A stretch of 64,000 nucleotides of DNA from the human T2T-CHM13v2.0 reference genome, Homo sapiens (GCF_009914755.1 NC_060928.1); one strand, 5' to 3'; counted from the first letter of the stretch, positions 26,663 through 41,759 are shown. A program made the numbers and translations. Notes: a model not told the origin generated them from the sequence alone.

Positions 26663-28414
26663 ATACACAAATTTTCTAAACATATATATGAAGCATTTTA
26701 TAATAGGAAACAAACGTTATCATTTTAAGAAGATATTAAATGTTTAATTGTAAACTGTCTTTACTTCCCAAATAAGCTCTTTTTGACATACCATTTATCA
26801 ATTTATCTAAACTAGTCTTTAAAAAGTGTTTATATATTTAACCTATAATTATGTGGGGAGTAACAAGCTCCACACTGTGGGACTTCCTAAATTAAAAAGT
26901 AGTTATTTTCTCATATTTTTTACTTTCAAGTTTAAACTGGGATTCGTTAAAAGTTAACATGAAGAACAACATATTATGAATTAGTAAAGAGACTAAAAGC
27001 ATTATGTAGTTTTAAACATCTCTTGCCTTTTGGAATCATTTCTACACTAAAGAAAACAGATGTTAATGATGATAATATCAAAAAAACAGAAATGGTGATC
27101 ATCATCATATTAGGCTTGTTTTAAAACAGTAACTGTTTAATTTGAAGATTCCATTTTGTGGTTTATCAAAGTACCACACAAGTTATTTTTATTCTTAGTT
27201 ACATAATCCTACGTATTGTGGGTCAGTGCTTACGATATCAGCAAAGTTATTTAATATATTTACAATGTCTCACATTATCCACCTATTTATTATTGAATTA
27301 GAGTGATTACAGCCACTTCATTTTGTTTTGTTGTTGTTTTGAAATGTGTTCTGATAAAAGGAGGTTCATTTTGATCGTCAACCAGAAAACAAAACATGAT
27401 AAAATAAAAATAAAACTCAGGAAATTCGACAAATTTCTTGAGAGCCACCTACATAAGGCATTTTGTAAGAAGCTATGAAGTATACAAAGATGTCGCTAAG
27501 TAACCTGTAATCTAGTAAAGATAATTACACTGTAGTGTATAAGAGGAACTATGAAACACACCAATAAAATCTTATGAGAGCTCAGAGAAGGGAAAAATTA
27601 CTTTCAAAGAAGAAAAAATATGTATTTTCCCTTAAATGATAAAATTTGTTCTTATGTTTTTGCTTTCAACCATTCTTTAACCATCAGATTTTTTCAATTC
27701 TCTTATCTTCGCATTATTAAACATTTTATACATGCTGTTCAAAGTATTATTATCAAGTACAGTACAGGCTTCTAAAAATATGCTAAAGCCAGATGTAAAC
27801 AGTTGAAACAGTTGCAATACTGTCTTCTCTATAGGAAATAAATATAGGTAATCAGTGAATAAAGCTAGAATTTTAAACCGTTTACTTGGAATAAACTGTG
27901 GCTGAAAGCCCCATGGGCCGCATGAATACAGCAGCCAGGGGTCTTCAGAAGGTCCTGTATGCCAGTTATGCCCCATCACTAACAGGCAGAGTAACTCTCA
28001 CTGAGCAATGCGAACATAATATTCATGTTTTCCACTTATAATGTTTAATTTGTGTAATACACATACATATGTACGCACAACTGAAAAATTTGGAATTACA
28101 GGTAAACTTCATTTTCAAGTAATTTGACCATTCATATACATTCATCTTCTGTACACTTGCAAAGGTAAGTATAAAAACCTAATTTTCTGTGGCAGTTTCA
28201 TAGGCTACTTTATTGAAAGTGGCTATTATGCCTGTTTCCTATTTTATGCTCATTTCCTAATAAAACCAACAATATATCCAACTACACAGTATTTTAAAGA
28301 GAGACTAATTATAATGATTACTATTGTAAGAAAGTGATTCTACATGAATATTTCCATGTTTCTGTAGAGCCTGGGCTTTTTTAGCAAAAGCTGATGAAAC
28401 TTGGTTAAAGAATG

Positions 28415-28799
28415 TATATTAGTCCATTTCTCACATTGCTGTATAAACAACTACCTGAGACTGGGTAATTTTAAAGAAAAGAGGTTTAATTCACTCACAG
28501 TTCTGCAGGCTGTACAGGAAGCATGGCTGGGGAGGCCTCAGGACACTTACATCATGGAGGGAGGCAAAGGAGAGGCAGGCATGTCTTACGTGACCAGAGA
28601 AGGAGGAAGAGGAAACAGGGGGAGGTGTTACACACTTTTAAACAACCAGATCTTGTGAGAACTCACCCACTATCATGAGAACAGCAAGGGAGAAATCCAC
28701 CCCTATGATCCAATCACCTCCCTCCAGGCACCTCCTCTAACACTGGGGATTACAATTCGACATGAGATTTGGGCAGGGACATAAATCCAAACCATATCA
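28415..28799 (-). mobile_element. MSTA solo LTR
   Basis: ACCTGAGACTGGGTAATTT...GGGGAGGCCTCAGG...ATCCAAACCATATCA; perfect TSD GAATG at 28410-28414 and 28800-28804. Confidence 0.92.
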
Positions 28800-29618
28800 G
28801 AATGACTGAATATCAAAATATGTCCTAGAAGCTACAAACGGAGCATTGTTCCAGAGAGATTTACAAATATATCTTCCCCAGAGCCATTCATTTATATTCC
28901 AGTGTGATAGAGAGAGAACTTCCCCTCCAATTTCCAGAGAATTGTTTACATTCTAGAGTAGGGTCCTTGTCATTCTTGGGGTAGGATGGGCTGATATGCC
29001 ACTGTCCTTCGTGGGCTTCAAGTCTCATTCTCCTGTTTAACACCACTACTAGCATTGAGTAATATCAGGCTCTCATCACATCACCTTGTGGTGATCAGGG
29101 CGCAGGAGCCAATGCTAAGGTGCTGTGTGAATAATAAATGCTCTGTTCTCTGATTCATAGACTCATGTTTCCTGTCAGGGTATCTGTCTGCCTCTGTGTG
29201 TTTTTTTGTTTATGTATCCATACACCTATCCATCTATCTGGTTAGCCAGCAATCCATTCTACCATCCATCCATCCATCCATCTAAACTTACCAACTATGA
29301 CTTACAGAACTGGTTTAGATTACTCATACATCTTATGAGTTTCTTCTCTTCTTAGCTTTATCAAACAACACTCAAGCTATGACAATTGAAATGGTATTAC
29401 CATTTCATAAAACAAATATTGCTTTTTAATTTTTACAAATTTTATCTGAGGATTTTAAAAATAATACTTCTCTGAGTATACTAATTGAATTATATTTTTC
29501 TTTTCTCATTGCTTATATTGCATTCTCATTCACCAACCTCAGAATTATTATTAAATATTGCAAAGCAAATATTTTAAAAAGTACTTTAAAGGAAATTTTT
29601 AAAAATATATATTAATAC

Positions 29619-29676
29619 TTACACTGATCCACTTAGAAGAAATACATATCAATTACACTGATCCACTTAGAAGAAA
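29619..29676. repeat. Perfect 24-bp direct repeat with 10-bp spacer
   Basis: TTACACTGATCCACTTAGAAGAAA at 29619-29642 and 29653-29676. Confidence 0.95.
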
Positions 29677-32431
29677 ACCTGTGTACTTAACTTTATTTTC
29701 GTAAAATCTGAAATTTAATTTAAAATCGAGAACTATTTTTTAAATTAAGACAATACTTTGGAAATAATATTTTAAATATATATATATATATATATAAGAG
29801 AACCCACTGTTATCTATGTTACATTAACCTGGAATTTACTATATCAAGGAAATTGTAGAAAAAGAATGCAGTGGAGAGAGAGTTAAAACACTAGTCAAAC
29901 AGACAAGACAACACCACAAATATAGGATTTTTACTAGAGGTGCTTTTTTCCCCCCTTAGGAAAAGTATGGCTTCTCTTTGGGAAAATTGAGATTGGTCAC
30001 ACTTCAGAGCCTTTGATAAGTACTTTGATGTTCAATAAGAATGAAAAAAACAATGTTGCTTTTGCAAAGAGAATCAAGAAAATAATACCAGTTTCAGCAA
30101 AAGAACATTGTTTTGTGTACTTTAACACACACTACAAGGAATGTAAAGAGGCCCTTTTTATTAAACTGGGGAAAACATTTTTTGCTTAAAAACAAATAGG
30201 ACACCAGTAGAAAAAAAAATTAAACTAAAACAAAACAGCATGCTTATTGCTTTGTGTGTAATAGGTAGCAAATATTTTTTTAATTGAATAGAAGGAGTGC
30301 AACAAATAAAAAGCTACATAGAGGATACCATTTTACTGGAAGGCCAAATCGTGTCCTTCTAGTAAAAATGTATAGTTAACAGAGAGTGCAATTTGATGTG
30401 TGAATAAATGAATTATTTTGCAAGAAGAGATATTTTGCTAAATTTGAACAATGACATCCAAGAAATGAGATTTCTTTGTTGTTCTGCTGGGTTTTTCTTT
30501 TAATGTAATTTTGACAATTTTGATTAAATGTCCAAATTCATAATGTGATAAATTATTGTGGATGCAAAAATGTTAGTAAAATATTTTTAAGAGTTTTAAT
30601 GAACCTGGTAGATTTAGACAGTAATAGAGTTCTGTGACTCCCCAAAATGAGGGGACTTGCCTCTTGATATCAGGGAGGAAATCATGGGGCAAAGCTCATA
30701 GAAATGACAGCTGTAGCTAAGAGCACCTTTCTCCTCTAAAGCTGACTGCAGAACAAAAGGTTAAATGTAGTTGTCAAGTTTATAGACAGGGAAATACTTG
30801 TAGTAAAGTGAAAGTAAACAAGCATTTAAAAAGCTTCAAAGAGAGTCAAATCCACAATTCGGGGTGATTTGGATGAATTTCTCTAATATGCTAATCTGCA
30901 TGGACTAAGTCCATGGGTTAGAGGAAAGATAAGCTGAATTTAGGGTGAAGGGGATAGGAACCTCTGGACAAAGGGACAACTTTGGCTGATAATGCTTAGG
31001 GTAGAGTAAGGATAGTTTTAGGAGGTTCTTTCAATATTGAGAGAGGTTTAATTGAAGAATATGCAAACCAAACTAGTGAGATTATGAAAAAGAGTTCCTA
31101 GAAATAGCACAATTGTTTGGGTAGGGAAATATTGGACAGAAAAAGAATATGGAAACAATGCAAGAATCGTTGGAATTTAGAGTGCAAATAAAAAGAATAA
31201 TCTGAGGACCAAGTAAAGGCTGGTTAAACCAAGTCAATGGAACAGGAGCAGCCAGCATAATTTCTTATTAAATAGTTTGGATGGTGTATCAGGCCTTTAT
31301 TGCCTCTTGCCTGGATTATTTTAACAATTTTCCCATGAAGTTGTCTGCCTTGGACATAATACATCTCTGATCTATATCCATTAGACTACTTCCAGAGTCA
31401 AAAGTCTATAAATCACAAGTTAACGATCTATGTGATTCAATGGCCAAATCCTCACGCTTCCCCATCTGAAATTAATTCCCATAGGACTCTACTTGGATTT
31501 CTATTTCCATAACTAAATTACCTCAACATACACTTGTTACCTGATTATATACATGTCTGCAGCATGAAGTTGGAAACTTTGTTAACGTTACGATTTTTCT
31601 TTTCAATGTTTTTTTCTTTTTCTTAGTTTGCCAAACTAAAGCACAGCAGAACAACAACAAAATGTTCTTTCCCTGAAACAGAGAGAGCCCAGGCTAAGCC
31701 AGAGATAACAAGGAGTTGAGACTACCAAAAGAATGCTGACTTCTAAAGGTTGGGCTAAGAGAAGAGCTTTTATGTTTAGGTAGAAACAGGATGCTGATTT
31801 TAAAAAAACTTCTTCATTCATTAAACATTTTCCAGATGTGAGATTGCTCATTTCATTCGTCTCAGAAGCTTATTAAATTCCCCTACACTATGTTGGAAAT
31901 TGATTTTCACTTCTGGAATACAGTGATCTGGAGGCAGAGATGTGACATGGGAGAGGAAGGGAAGGTGGAAGAAAATTAGATATTTTCCTAAAGTGCTATT
32001 AGCAAGAAAAGGTAACCAAAGAATGAGATTAAACAAAGCCTTTCTGGAGAAGATGACTTGTGTTGGTGGTAGGGGTATTGAGATGAAAGAAAGATAGGAA
32101 TACCTTCAGCAGACTGATAATTGTATACACTTTGAAGTGTATTTTAAAAATAGCTGTTCCACGTTTAATAGATGGGGATTATTTACTGTTATTAAAAATA
32201 ATATAGAGAAGCAGATTAATTGATGCATTTATGTTTATTGAGTTGATAGAACCAATATTATGGAAACAAACTGGCAAAACTTTTCTTCCCTTTTGGGCGT
32301 TCTTGTTCTTTCTTGCATTCTTTTGTGATTGTTTCCAAACCAATGACTTCTTGGTAACTATAATAAAGGTTTATATTTTACTTGATAAAATGTAAATTTA
32401 AATAGTGTTTTTTAGAAATAACCTACTGTGG

Positions 32432-32764
<333 letters not shown>

Positions 32765-34489
32765 AGAAATAACCTATTGTGGTATTGTGGTATTTTTCAG
32801 ACTCAGAATTTCAGTCCAGGAAAGGGAATAATACTAATGAGTGACATTAAATGCTCTTTTTTAATCTGGAAAATAAGCAGCAAATGGCTTTAGCTTCTAA
32901 ATTTTCTCGTCATTTTTTTTTTCCTTTCTTACCAGTTTGACCTAAACAATCTTAGAATGTATAGTAGCTCACAGCTCTTCACAGCTTTGTTTATTTTTAA
33001 ATTTTTTTTAGTAATCCCTCTTTGAACTGACTTTTACCTTTCATTGTCTATGATTCTTCCCAGACTCCTCCATGCAGGGATCTTGATGCAGATTCTTCCA
33101 TCAGTACCTCCAGATATTAACCTGAGAATGGAAAATATTTTGCAAATAATAATTTTAATTCTCCCTCCTCTCAAAAGGAACATAGTTTACCCGAAATATA
33201 ACTTAAATTTAATGATAATAATTAACTTTCCAAATTGCCAATAATTCCATTCCAAATATTTCATAACTTATTATTAACCCAAACCATTTTCTCTATACTC
33301 TTATTTCCCTAAAGTGTACACAATAATCAGCATTCACAAGGAAAGGGGTAAACTGTTTGACTTTACTACCACTTTTAATTCTAGCTGCATTTTTATTTTT
33401 TCGAGATAGTTTTACAAACACAAATACATACCTATTGTATTAATTTCTTTCTGATTTTTTTTTTTAAAAACTTTTATTACCAGAGGCCTGTTCATATTAG
33501 ACATCAGGTCTGTGAAGTAGATATCAATTCAACATAGGGATCTATGTACTGCCAATGAATAATTGATCCATGAAGAGGCAAAATCTTCCTAAATTTCACA
33601 GCTTACTATCAGAGAAAATAATGTAAATAGCCATAATAACAAAAATGGACTTTCTACCCTCAGTGCTCCTATGATTGGAGGGAATTCAGTTGCTCTGCAT
33701 ACCCCCTTTCCTTCCTTTAGAAAGAAGATCTGGCCGGAAGTGATGGTTCAGTGTCGAGTCCTTTGACAAAGACCATCTTAACTTATTTTTATTGTTTCAC
33801 CTAAGCTGTGTTTTGTGGTTTCGAAAGTATCTAGCATGACCTGTGAATCTATTACAGTTCAAAATCAATTCTATTCCTGTTTCCATAGTTCACATTCATT
33901 TCCGTGAGTATTAGGGTCTTCATAAAACAGCAGTTTTTTCTGAGTGTTGATCCTAGCTGATTGAACGTCTTCAAGAACAAGCCACTGATCCTTGTTACAC
34001 AAATTGTAAACTCAGTCGAAGTGAGCTTCGGCTGCAGGTTCAACACTGCTTACTTAATGAAAGCAAGGAAAAGTCTCTTTTTTCCACATGTTAGTAAAGG
34101 GTTTCAACAGGCTAAAAAAAATATTGAATAACTCTACATAATGGAGAAAGGCAGTAATAAGAAAGGAAAAACAGAAAAATAGAATAAGTAGTCTGTGAAT
34201 CCTTTGGAGAATTTACTGAAAACTAGAATTTCTTACAATGTACACAAAATGGCTGTCACCAATGCAATAAGACTTTTTCCAAAAATTGTTCTCACAACTC
34301 TAAGCAACTGAAGTGTTGCTTCCTTCATCACATCATGTAATGAAGTCAACAGAGTATAAAATATTCCTTGTGAAGGAAAACTTGATATCACTATAACTTT
34401 AAGAAATATTTTGAGGGTGGGTGTAAGTTTGTATCTGAAATAAATAAGTGGTTACTAAGCTACAAACAGATTTTTAGCCAACAGCCACA

Positions 34490-34767
34490 CTATCTAAAAT
34501 GTTCAACTCTCCTCCATACATAGACACCTCCTCTCCCCTTCTCTGCTTTATTTTCTTTTACTTTTACATACTAAATATTTTATCTAGCAGTAAGTGTATA
34601 TAATACATTATATATTTATCATGTTGGTTTCCTGAATCTCACATCAGACTGCAAGCTCCTTGAAGGCAAATATGTATTCCTTTAGGTTCACTGTTGTTTC
34701 CTCACCTCCTAAAATAGGACCTGGCATATAATTGTGCTCAATCATTTTTTCAAGAATTAATGAATGA
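34490..34767 (+). mobile_element. L2 3' end
   Basis: AGACTGCAAGCTCCTTGAAGGCA...GACCTGGCATATAATTGTGCTCAA...TGAATGA. Confidence 0.75.
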
Positions 34768-35091
34768 GGCAGGGTGCGGTGGCTCACACCTGTAATCCCA
34801 ACACTTTGGGAGGCCAAAGCAGGTGGATCACTTGAGGCTAAGAGTTCCAGACCAGCTTAGCCAACATGGCGAAAACCTGTCTCTGTTAAAATTACAAAAA
34901 TTAGCCAGGCATGGTCAGCATGCCTGTAGACCCAGCTACTCAGGAGGCTGAGACACGAGAATTGCTTGAACCCGAGAGGTAGAGGTTGCAGTGGCTGAGC
35001 CAAGACAGAGCCACTGCACTCCAGCCTTGGTGACAGAGCAAGACCTTGTCTCAAAAAATAATAATAATAATAATAATAAATAAAAAAGAAG
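34768..35091 (+). mobile_element. Old Alu (AluSz/Jb-like) inserted in the L2 tail
   Basis: Full length with (TAA)n tail; perfect 16-bp TSD AAGAATTAATGAATGA at 34752-34767 and 35092-35107. Confidence 0.95.
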
Positions 35092-35727
35092 AAGAATTAA
35101 TGAATGAAACTGGAGAGTCTGCTGCAAAGAGAATCCTGAGGTTTTATACTTCTCTTCCAAAGAATAAAAGCTGTCTATCAATTCTAGAATAAAGCACTAG
35201 CTTTTGAAATGAGTAAAGGGATCAAGAAAATCTAGTGCTACCTACTGGCAGCTTTCCCAATGGTGGGAGTAGCAGTTTTAAAGATTCAATAAACAATCTC
35301 CTTGACATAAAATTCAACAATGGCAAAGTTAAGTGCAGGAAGAGGGCATGAGACCTATTCCCCTTATGAGGAAGAGAATTTATTATTAAAATTATGTACA
35401 ATTATTGTGGTGTAATGATAATGATAAAATTGATGGGCTTTGCTTTATTAATTGTTTATACATATTGTGCAGGGTGTATATATGCTTACTGCCTTGTGTA
35501 GGTGGGGTGGGACACAGCTCTCCACTGATACCTCTTCTTCTGGCTCCCCTGATATTCCACTAGAAGGGGGTAATGAGAGATTTTGATACAACAAGCATTA
35601 TCAGTTTTATCTTGTTTGTTTATTCCACAGATATTTACTAGACATGCAAAGCAATACTATTTAGTAGATGCAAAAATAGATAAGTAAAGACCTATAAGTT
35701 TTTGGTTTCCAAAGTCAAATGTTTTTA

Positions 35728-36110
<383 letters not shown>

Positions 36111-36595
36111 TTAAATCTGTTTGACAAATTGAGTTGAAAGTGTTGAATTCCCCAGATTACAAAAGAACAACCTGTTAATAAAGCAATGCTAAATGTATTG
36201 GAACCTAATTGCATTCAGAAACTACTGGAAAGAGTTTTATTGTCTCAAAAAGGGAAAGTCAGAAATGAGATTTTATTAAATTTTGGGGTCTGGGATCCAG
36301 GAGTTTAAGGTGGATTTTTCAAGGCAGACTTTTTCAGGTGAGCAGACTGTTGTCTCTAAATTGATCTGCAAGAATTTCCTGAAGCAAACAGTAGAGTTAT
36401 TTATAGGATTACAGTCTTATCTTTTCTGTGTATAGGTTTACTGGAACAAACAAGACAACTGTGGTCCCAGTTCTCAGAGGTAGCTTTTGAGACCTCCACA
36501 TGCACATGTTGAATAAACAATTGGAACTCAGAGGGTTAGTATAAAATTTAGGAGTAATCACTATATAGATTATCATAAAGATCTGGAGATGGTTC

Positions 36596-37107
36596 TGTTC
36601 AAGATTGCCAAGGGATGGAACTGAATTCCTGTATGGCTGCTCCCCACTTGAAAAGCCAGACACAAGAATCAAGAGTTGGTGGGAAGAAAGAGGTTTATTG
36701 AAGTGCTAGCAGCTGAAGAGACAGCTGGAGTCAGGTCTCAAAAAGCCATCTCAAATTCTCAGGCTGGCTAATGGGGTTTGAAGAGGAAGGCGGCATGGAA
36801 ACTATGTGCAGGAGTGATGTAGGTTGCAGGTCTGCTTGTCATTTTCCAGTGGCTGTCTTGAATAATGAACCATCTGGAGGCCTTGGTGTCAACTTGCTTA
36901 GGTCAGGGTATGGATTAACTGTGCACCAATTTCTTCTCAGAAGGGAGAAAACTTTAACTGCCATCTCCACTTTACGCCTGAGTTGCTTTAAGATTAGCCT
37001 TTGGAATTCTCAAGCAAACACGTAGTTAGATATATGTATAGCAAGAAAAAAAATGAGGCAGGGATTACTTTTTAAAGCAAGCTAGCAAATTGGCTGTACT
37101 GGTTACT
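36596..37107 (-). mobile_element. Old ERV LTR (probably ERV1 class) nested in an antisense L2
   Basis: About 510 bp starting TG; GGTTTATT (minus-strand poly(A) signal) near 36693; L2-like sequence on both sides (about 36480-36590 and 37110-37550). Confidence 0.55.
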
Positions 37108-39503
37108 GGGAGAGAGCATCAATGAGAAAAGAAATAGATTAGCACAGAGTATTGAGAAACCTACACATTTAACAGGTTATTGTTGGCAGACGAGCATTCA
37201 GTGGAGATTGTAAAGTGGTTAGAAATGTATGAGGATGAACAGGAGAGGGTAAGGAGGGTGCTTCAAGAAGCAAAGAGTGATCAACAAGGCCAAATGATGC
37301 TTTGTGTTAAAATCATATGAGGACTTTGAAATATTCATTTAGTAACTTCAAGGTCATTATTAATCTTAGCGTGAGCGGTTTTGGTGATGTTATTGAGGCA
37401 AAAAACAGAGAAGGTTGAAAAGTAGTGAATGGATAAAAAATGAAGGTAGTTCAATAATTTGGGATGAGAAAGAGAAGAAAAAGATAAATTCATAATGTAG
37501 AAATGTGAGAAGTAAAATTTTTAGGCAGGAGAGATTTGAATATATGTATATTCTCTGCTTCCATTATCACTCCATAATTTTATAAGAAAAAGGTAAATAC
37601 ACCCTTTCATCCTCTGTGATTTCTTCCTTCCTTCCTTGTGTCTATTGATTCTTTCATTTACTATAATCAGCAAACAGCAGGCACAGACCATGGCCCTAAG
37701 GAACTTACAGAAGTTAACTCATAGAAGGCCAATATGTTGGGAAAAATGTGAATAAGTATATAAATATCCTATCATTGCATAATTAGTATGAATGCAGATT
37801 AAGTTTGAGTTTTTCTGTAATACTCCAAGGCGAAGAGTTACGCTGCCTTCTAATGCAAGTATTTGGCTGAAAATTGGATTGTGTTTTGAAGTCTCTGTAC
37901 TAAATTTCCTCCAGACATAGCTGGCATATACAGGGACAAAAACTTTTGACCTGGAGCTCATTAGTGCAATGAAGCATTCAAGTGAACTAGCAGGTACAAG
38001 CCTGAAACAAACAAACAAAAGAAAAACATCAATTGTTTGATTAATTGTAAATGCGGAAGTTGAGGGTAGGGAAGTAAAATTTCAACCCATCAAGGAAGTA
38101 GTCACTTTAAAATTCACCTGAAATGACTATTTCAAAACCTGCTTCCATTTCAATGCTAAAAATATTTCTTTTCCCCAAACCCCTTAAACGGAAGGAGTTA
38201 TAAGTGAACTAGAATACACATAGGAAGTCATGCTGCATTCTCATGTTGCTAATTGGAATTTTGATGAATATAATATAAAAGCAAAACAAGAGCAAAGTGT
38301 TTCCATTAGTTCACTACCCATGTTTCTGCACCTTAATCAGAGCGTTGTTAATATTTAAATATGCGTTTGAAGCCCCAAGTGTATAGGGAGGCATGGAAGT
38401 TTCATTAATAACTATAATTTATATAAAAGAATATATGCCAAAGACAAATGCTCAAATATGGAGTTTCATAGGAATTTTTCAAACGTATTTTATAGCTCAG
38501 ACATGGAAAAAGAAATTGCAGCAGGATATGAACTTATGCTTAGCTACTAAGATACACTATGGCTTATCATTTATTGAGAAAAGTCCAGATTTTTGTCTTA
38601 AAGTTATATTTCTCCATCAGTTATATACCACTTTTTTTTTTCACATAAGGCTGTTTGGAAACAGGCAAATAGGAAAAAAATCTGCAGGAAAAAGGGACAT
38701 TGACATAATCTGAAATGCCTTGTATTCTGCAGATTTCAGAACTATACAGCTTTCAAAAGGGACATAAGGGAGCAGAGAGAACTGCCACTCTAGAGCTGTG
38801 ACTCTTTTCTCCTTCAGTAGTCATGCTTTCAAATGGGTCCTTCTGCAGAGGAATGACTTGAAGTAACAATCACCATTCCCTCTTCACAGCAGTCTGCCAC
38901 AGAACAAAACTTCCTGGAATAATGCCAGTTGAAATGACTAAGTGTGTCTTTTCTATACATCCACAAGGATACTTACCTAGTGCCTTCTGGGTTCTAAAGG
39001 AGAGGATATAGTTCATTGTTAACAACAGCTCTAAGTCTCTCTTACTATGTGAAACTTACTCTTTTATTAACCAGAGGAAAGGAATCAGAGACTTCCAACA
39101 CATTACAATTATATTCAAACATACTTCCATTCTTAGGATGAGCTCTGACTCAAATATTGTTTTATGCTAAGTACTAGTATGGAGTATGCCTTCAACATTA
39201 AATTCACTGTGAAGAAACATTTTTAAAGTAATATGATAATCAGTTATGAGATGCCACTAGATATCCTCAAAGCTATTATGCAAAGAGCGAGAGGAAACTT
39301 TAAAGCAAAAACAGATTAAGTTCTTGCAGTTTTCATAAGGGGGTTGGTTTAGAATTCCTACAGTCAAATAAGCTGTGACTGTAATGGTTCTTTGAGTTGA
39401 TGCACAGATTGTGCAAAATCAGCCCTACACATAAGCAGCTAGCATGTGTAAAAAGTCTACCTGACTCAAAATATGAGTCCCACTAGGCTATCACACAGTA
39501 TTA

Positions 39504-39855
<352 letters not shown>

Positions 39856-40169
39856 AGAATGAAAAAAACACATTCTTCCAATGTCCTACAAGACCCAACA
39901 TCATAAGTACTCTCTGCTCCCTTTCACAATGAATTTCCTACACATTGTATTCCATTCCTGGATCACTCTACTGCAGGTAGAAGCTACTTTGCTGTTCACT
40001 GGAACATTCTCTTTACAATTTCATCTAAAGACCTTTGCCTGAAATGTTCTCCCAGGCAAAATAGCCTGGCTAACTCTGTTAGCTCTTTCGTTGTTTCCTT
40101 GAAGTTTATCTTATTAATAAGCCTGCCCCGATTGTATTATTGAATAGTACAACTACCCCTCTCCTCCTT

Positions 40170-40965
40170 TATTTTTTCTTTTCCTTTCATGCAATTTTAT
40201 TGAGATATAATTGCCAAATAATTTTTATAAGTTTAAGATGTACAACACGATGATTTCACACACACACACACACACTACATCACACATAGATATATATTGT
40301 GATATGATTACCACAATCAAGTTAGTTAACACATCTATCATCTCACCTATTTGCCATTTTTTGTTTTTTTGGTTTTATGACAGGATATTTAATATAATAT
40401 CTACTCCCTTACCAGATTTCAAGTCTATAGGAGTGTTATTAACAATAGTCACTGTATTAGTCTGTTTTCTTGCTGCTATAAAAAACTTCCTGAGACTGGG
40501 TAATTTATAAAGAAAAGAGGTTTAATTGACTCACCGTTTTGCCTGGCTGGGGAGGCCTCAGGAAACTTACAATGATGGCAGAAGGGGAAGCAGGAGTGTC
40601 TTACATGGTGGCATGTAAGAGAGAGCATGTAAGTATGCAGGAAAAACTACCATTTACAAAACCATCAGATCTTTTGAGAATTCACTCACCATCACAAGAA
40701 CAGCATGAGGGGAAACTGCCCCCATAATCCATAATCCAATCACTTTTCTCCCTCCACACATGTGGATTACAGGTCCCTCGCTTCACACATGGGGATGAGA
40801 TTTGGGTGGAGACACAAAGCAATATCATAAGCTATGGGGATCTAATGTACAGCATTATATATAAACAAATTTTATAATGGAAAGTTTATATGCTTCGACC
40901 AGCATCTCCCCATTTCCCTACCCACTGTCCCCTGGCAACCACCATTCTATTCTGTTTCTAGGAGT
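40170..40965 (-). mobile_element. L1MA9/10-like 3' end interrupted by THE1D, itself inside an L2
   Basis: TTTTATTGAGATATAATTG...GATTACCACAATCAAGTTAGTTAACACATC; resumes GACCAGCATCTCCCCATTTCCC...CCCTGGCAACCACCATTCTA. L2-like sequence at about 39870-40160 and 40980-41225. Confidence 0.85.
40453..40827 (-). mobile_element. THE1D/MSTA-like solo LTR
   Basis: TGTATTAGTCTGTTTTC...CTGAGACTGGGTAATTTATAAAGAAAAGAGGTTTAATTGACTCAC...ATATCA. Confidence 0.9.
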
Positions 40966-41759
40966 GTCCCCCTCCTAATTCTTCTTTAATCTGAGTTAAT
41001 ATTTTTTGTAGCACTTATCACAATCTAACATAAAATAAAATTTCCATGTTTATTATGTTTATTATTGTTTGTCTCATTTCCTGCATGAGACACCACCTCC
41101 ACCATGTAATCTCTCTTCGTAGGAATCTTTGTCTTCTTTGTTCACTGTTGAATCCCAAGTGGTGAAAACTCTGCCTGACACATTGTAGGCATTTAATAAA
41201 TATTTATGGAATGAATGAATTAATGAAAACTATGAACTATCTTTTTATCTCATTACCCTGAAATGCACTAGTTACATACTCTCCTATACTAAGTGTTAAA
41301 AAGAATTGATTTATTATAGTAACTTAATTTCCTATTAACAGAGTTCCTACTTTAGGTTCAGGCACTGACACCAGGAGGTCCTTAAAGTAATGCATTTTGA
41401 TAAGTGAAATAACCCATTGACATACCCACTAGTAACTACTTGCATATTGAATTTATCAAATTACCTAATTTGTATTAAAGAGAGCAAGGATCTGAGATAA
41501 TCAAACTAAGAATGTAGTTTTTGATGAGGAGACTTGAGAAAAAGTTTGCTGCTGGAGTGTGGTGGAGGCATACCTGGGTGATTCCAGGGCACATCCAAAA
41601 GGAAGGAGAGAGGGCTAGGTGTTGACTTTGGTTTTGGAAGCTGGAAAGAACATAGTTGGGGAAAATAATCTCAAAAAGGGGAGGTGGAACAGAAAGAAAA
41701 AGCCATTCCCTTTTTACAGTTGTAGTAGGTCCAGCCTGGCTTGTTGCATTTCAACAAGG

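Noticed and set aside
29619-29676. Repeat-spacer-repeat resembling CRISPR
   Set aside because: Only two copies, a 10-bp spacer, primate DNA and no cas genes.
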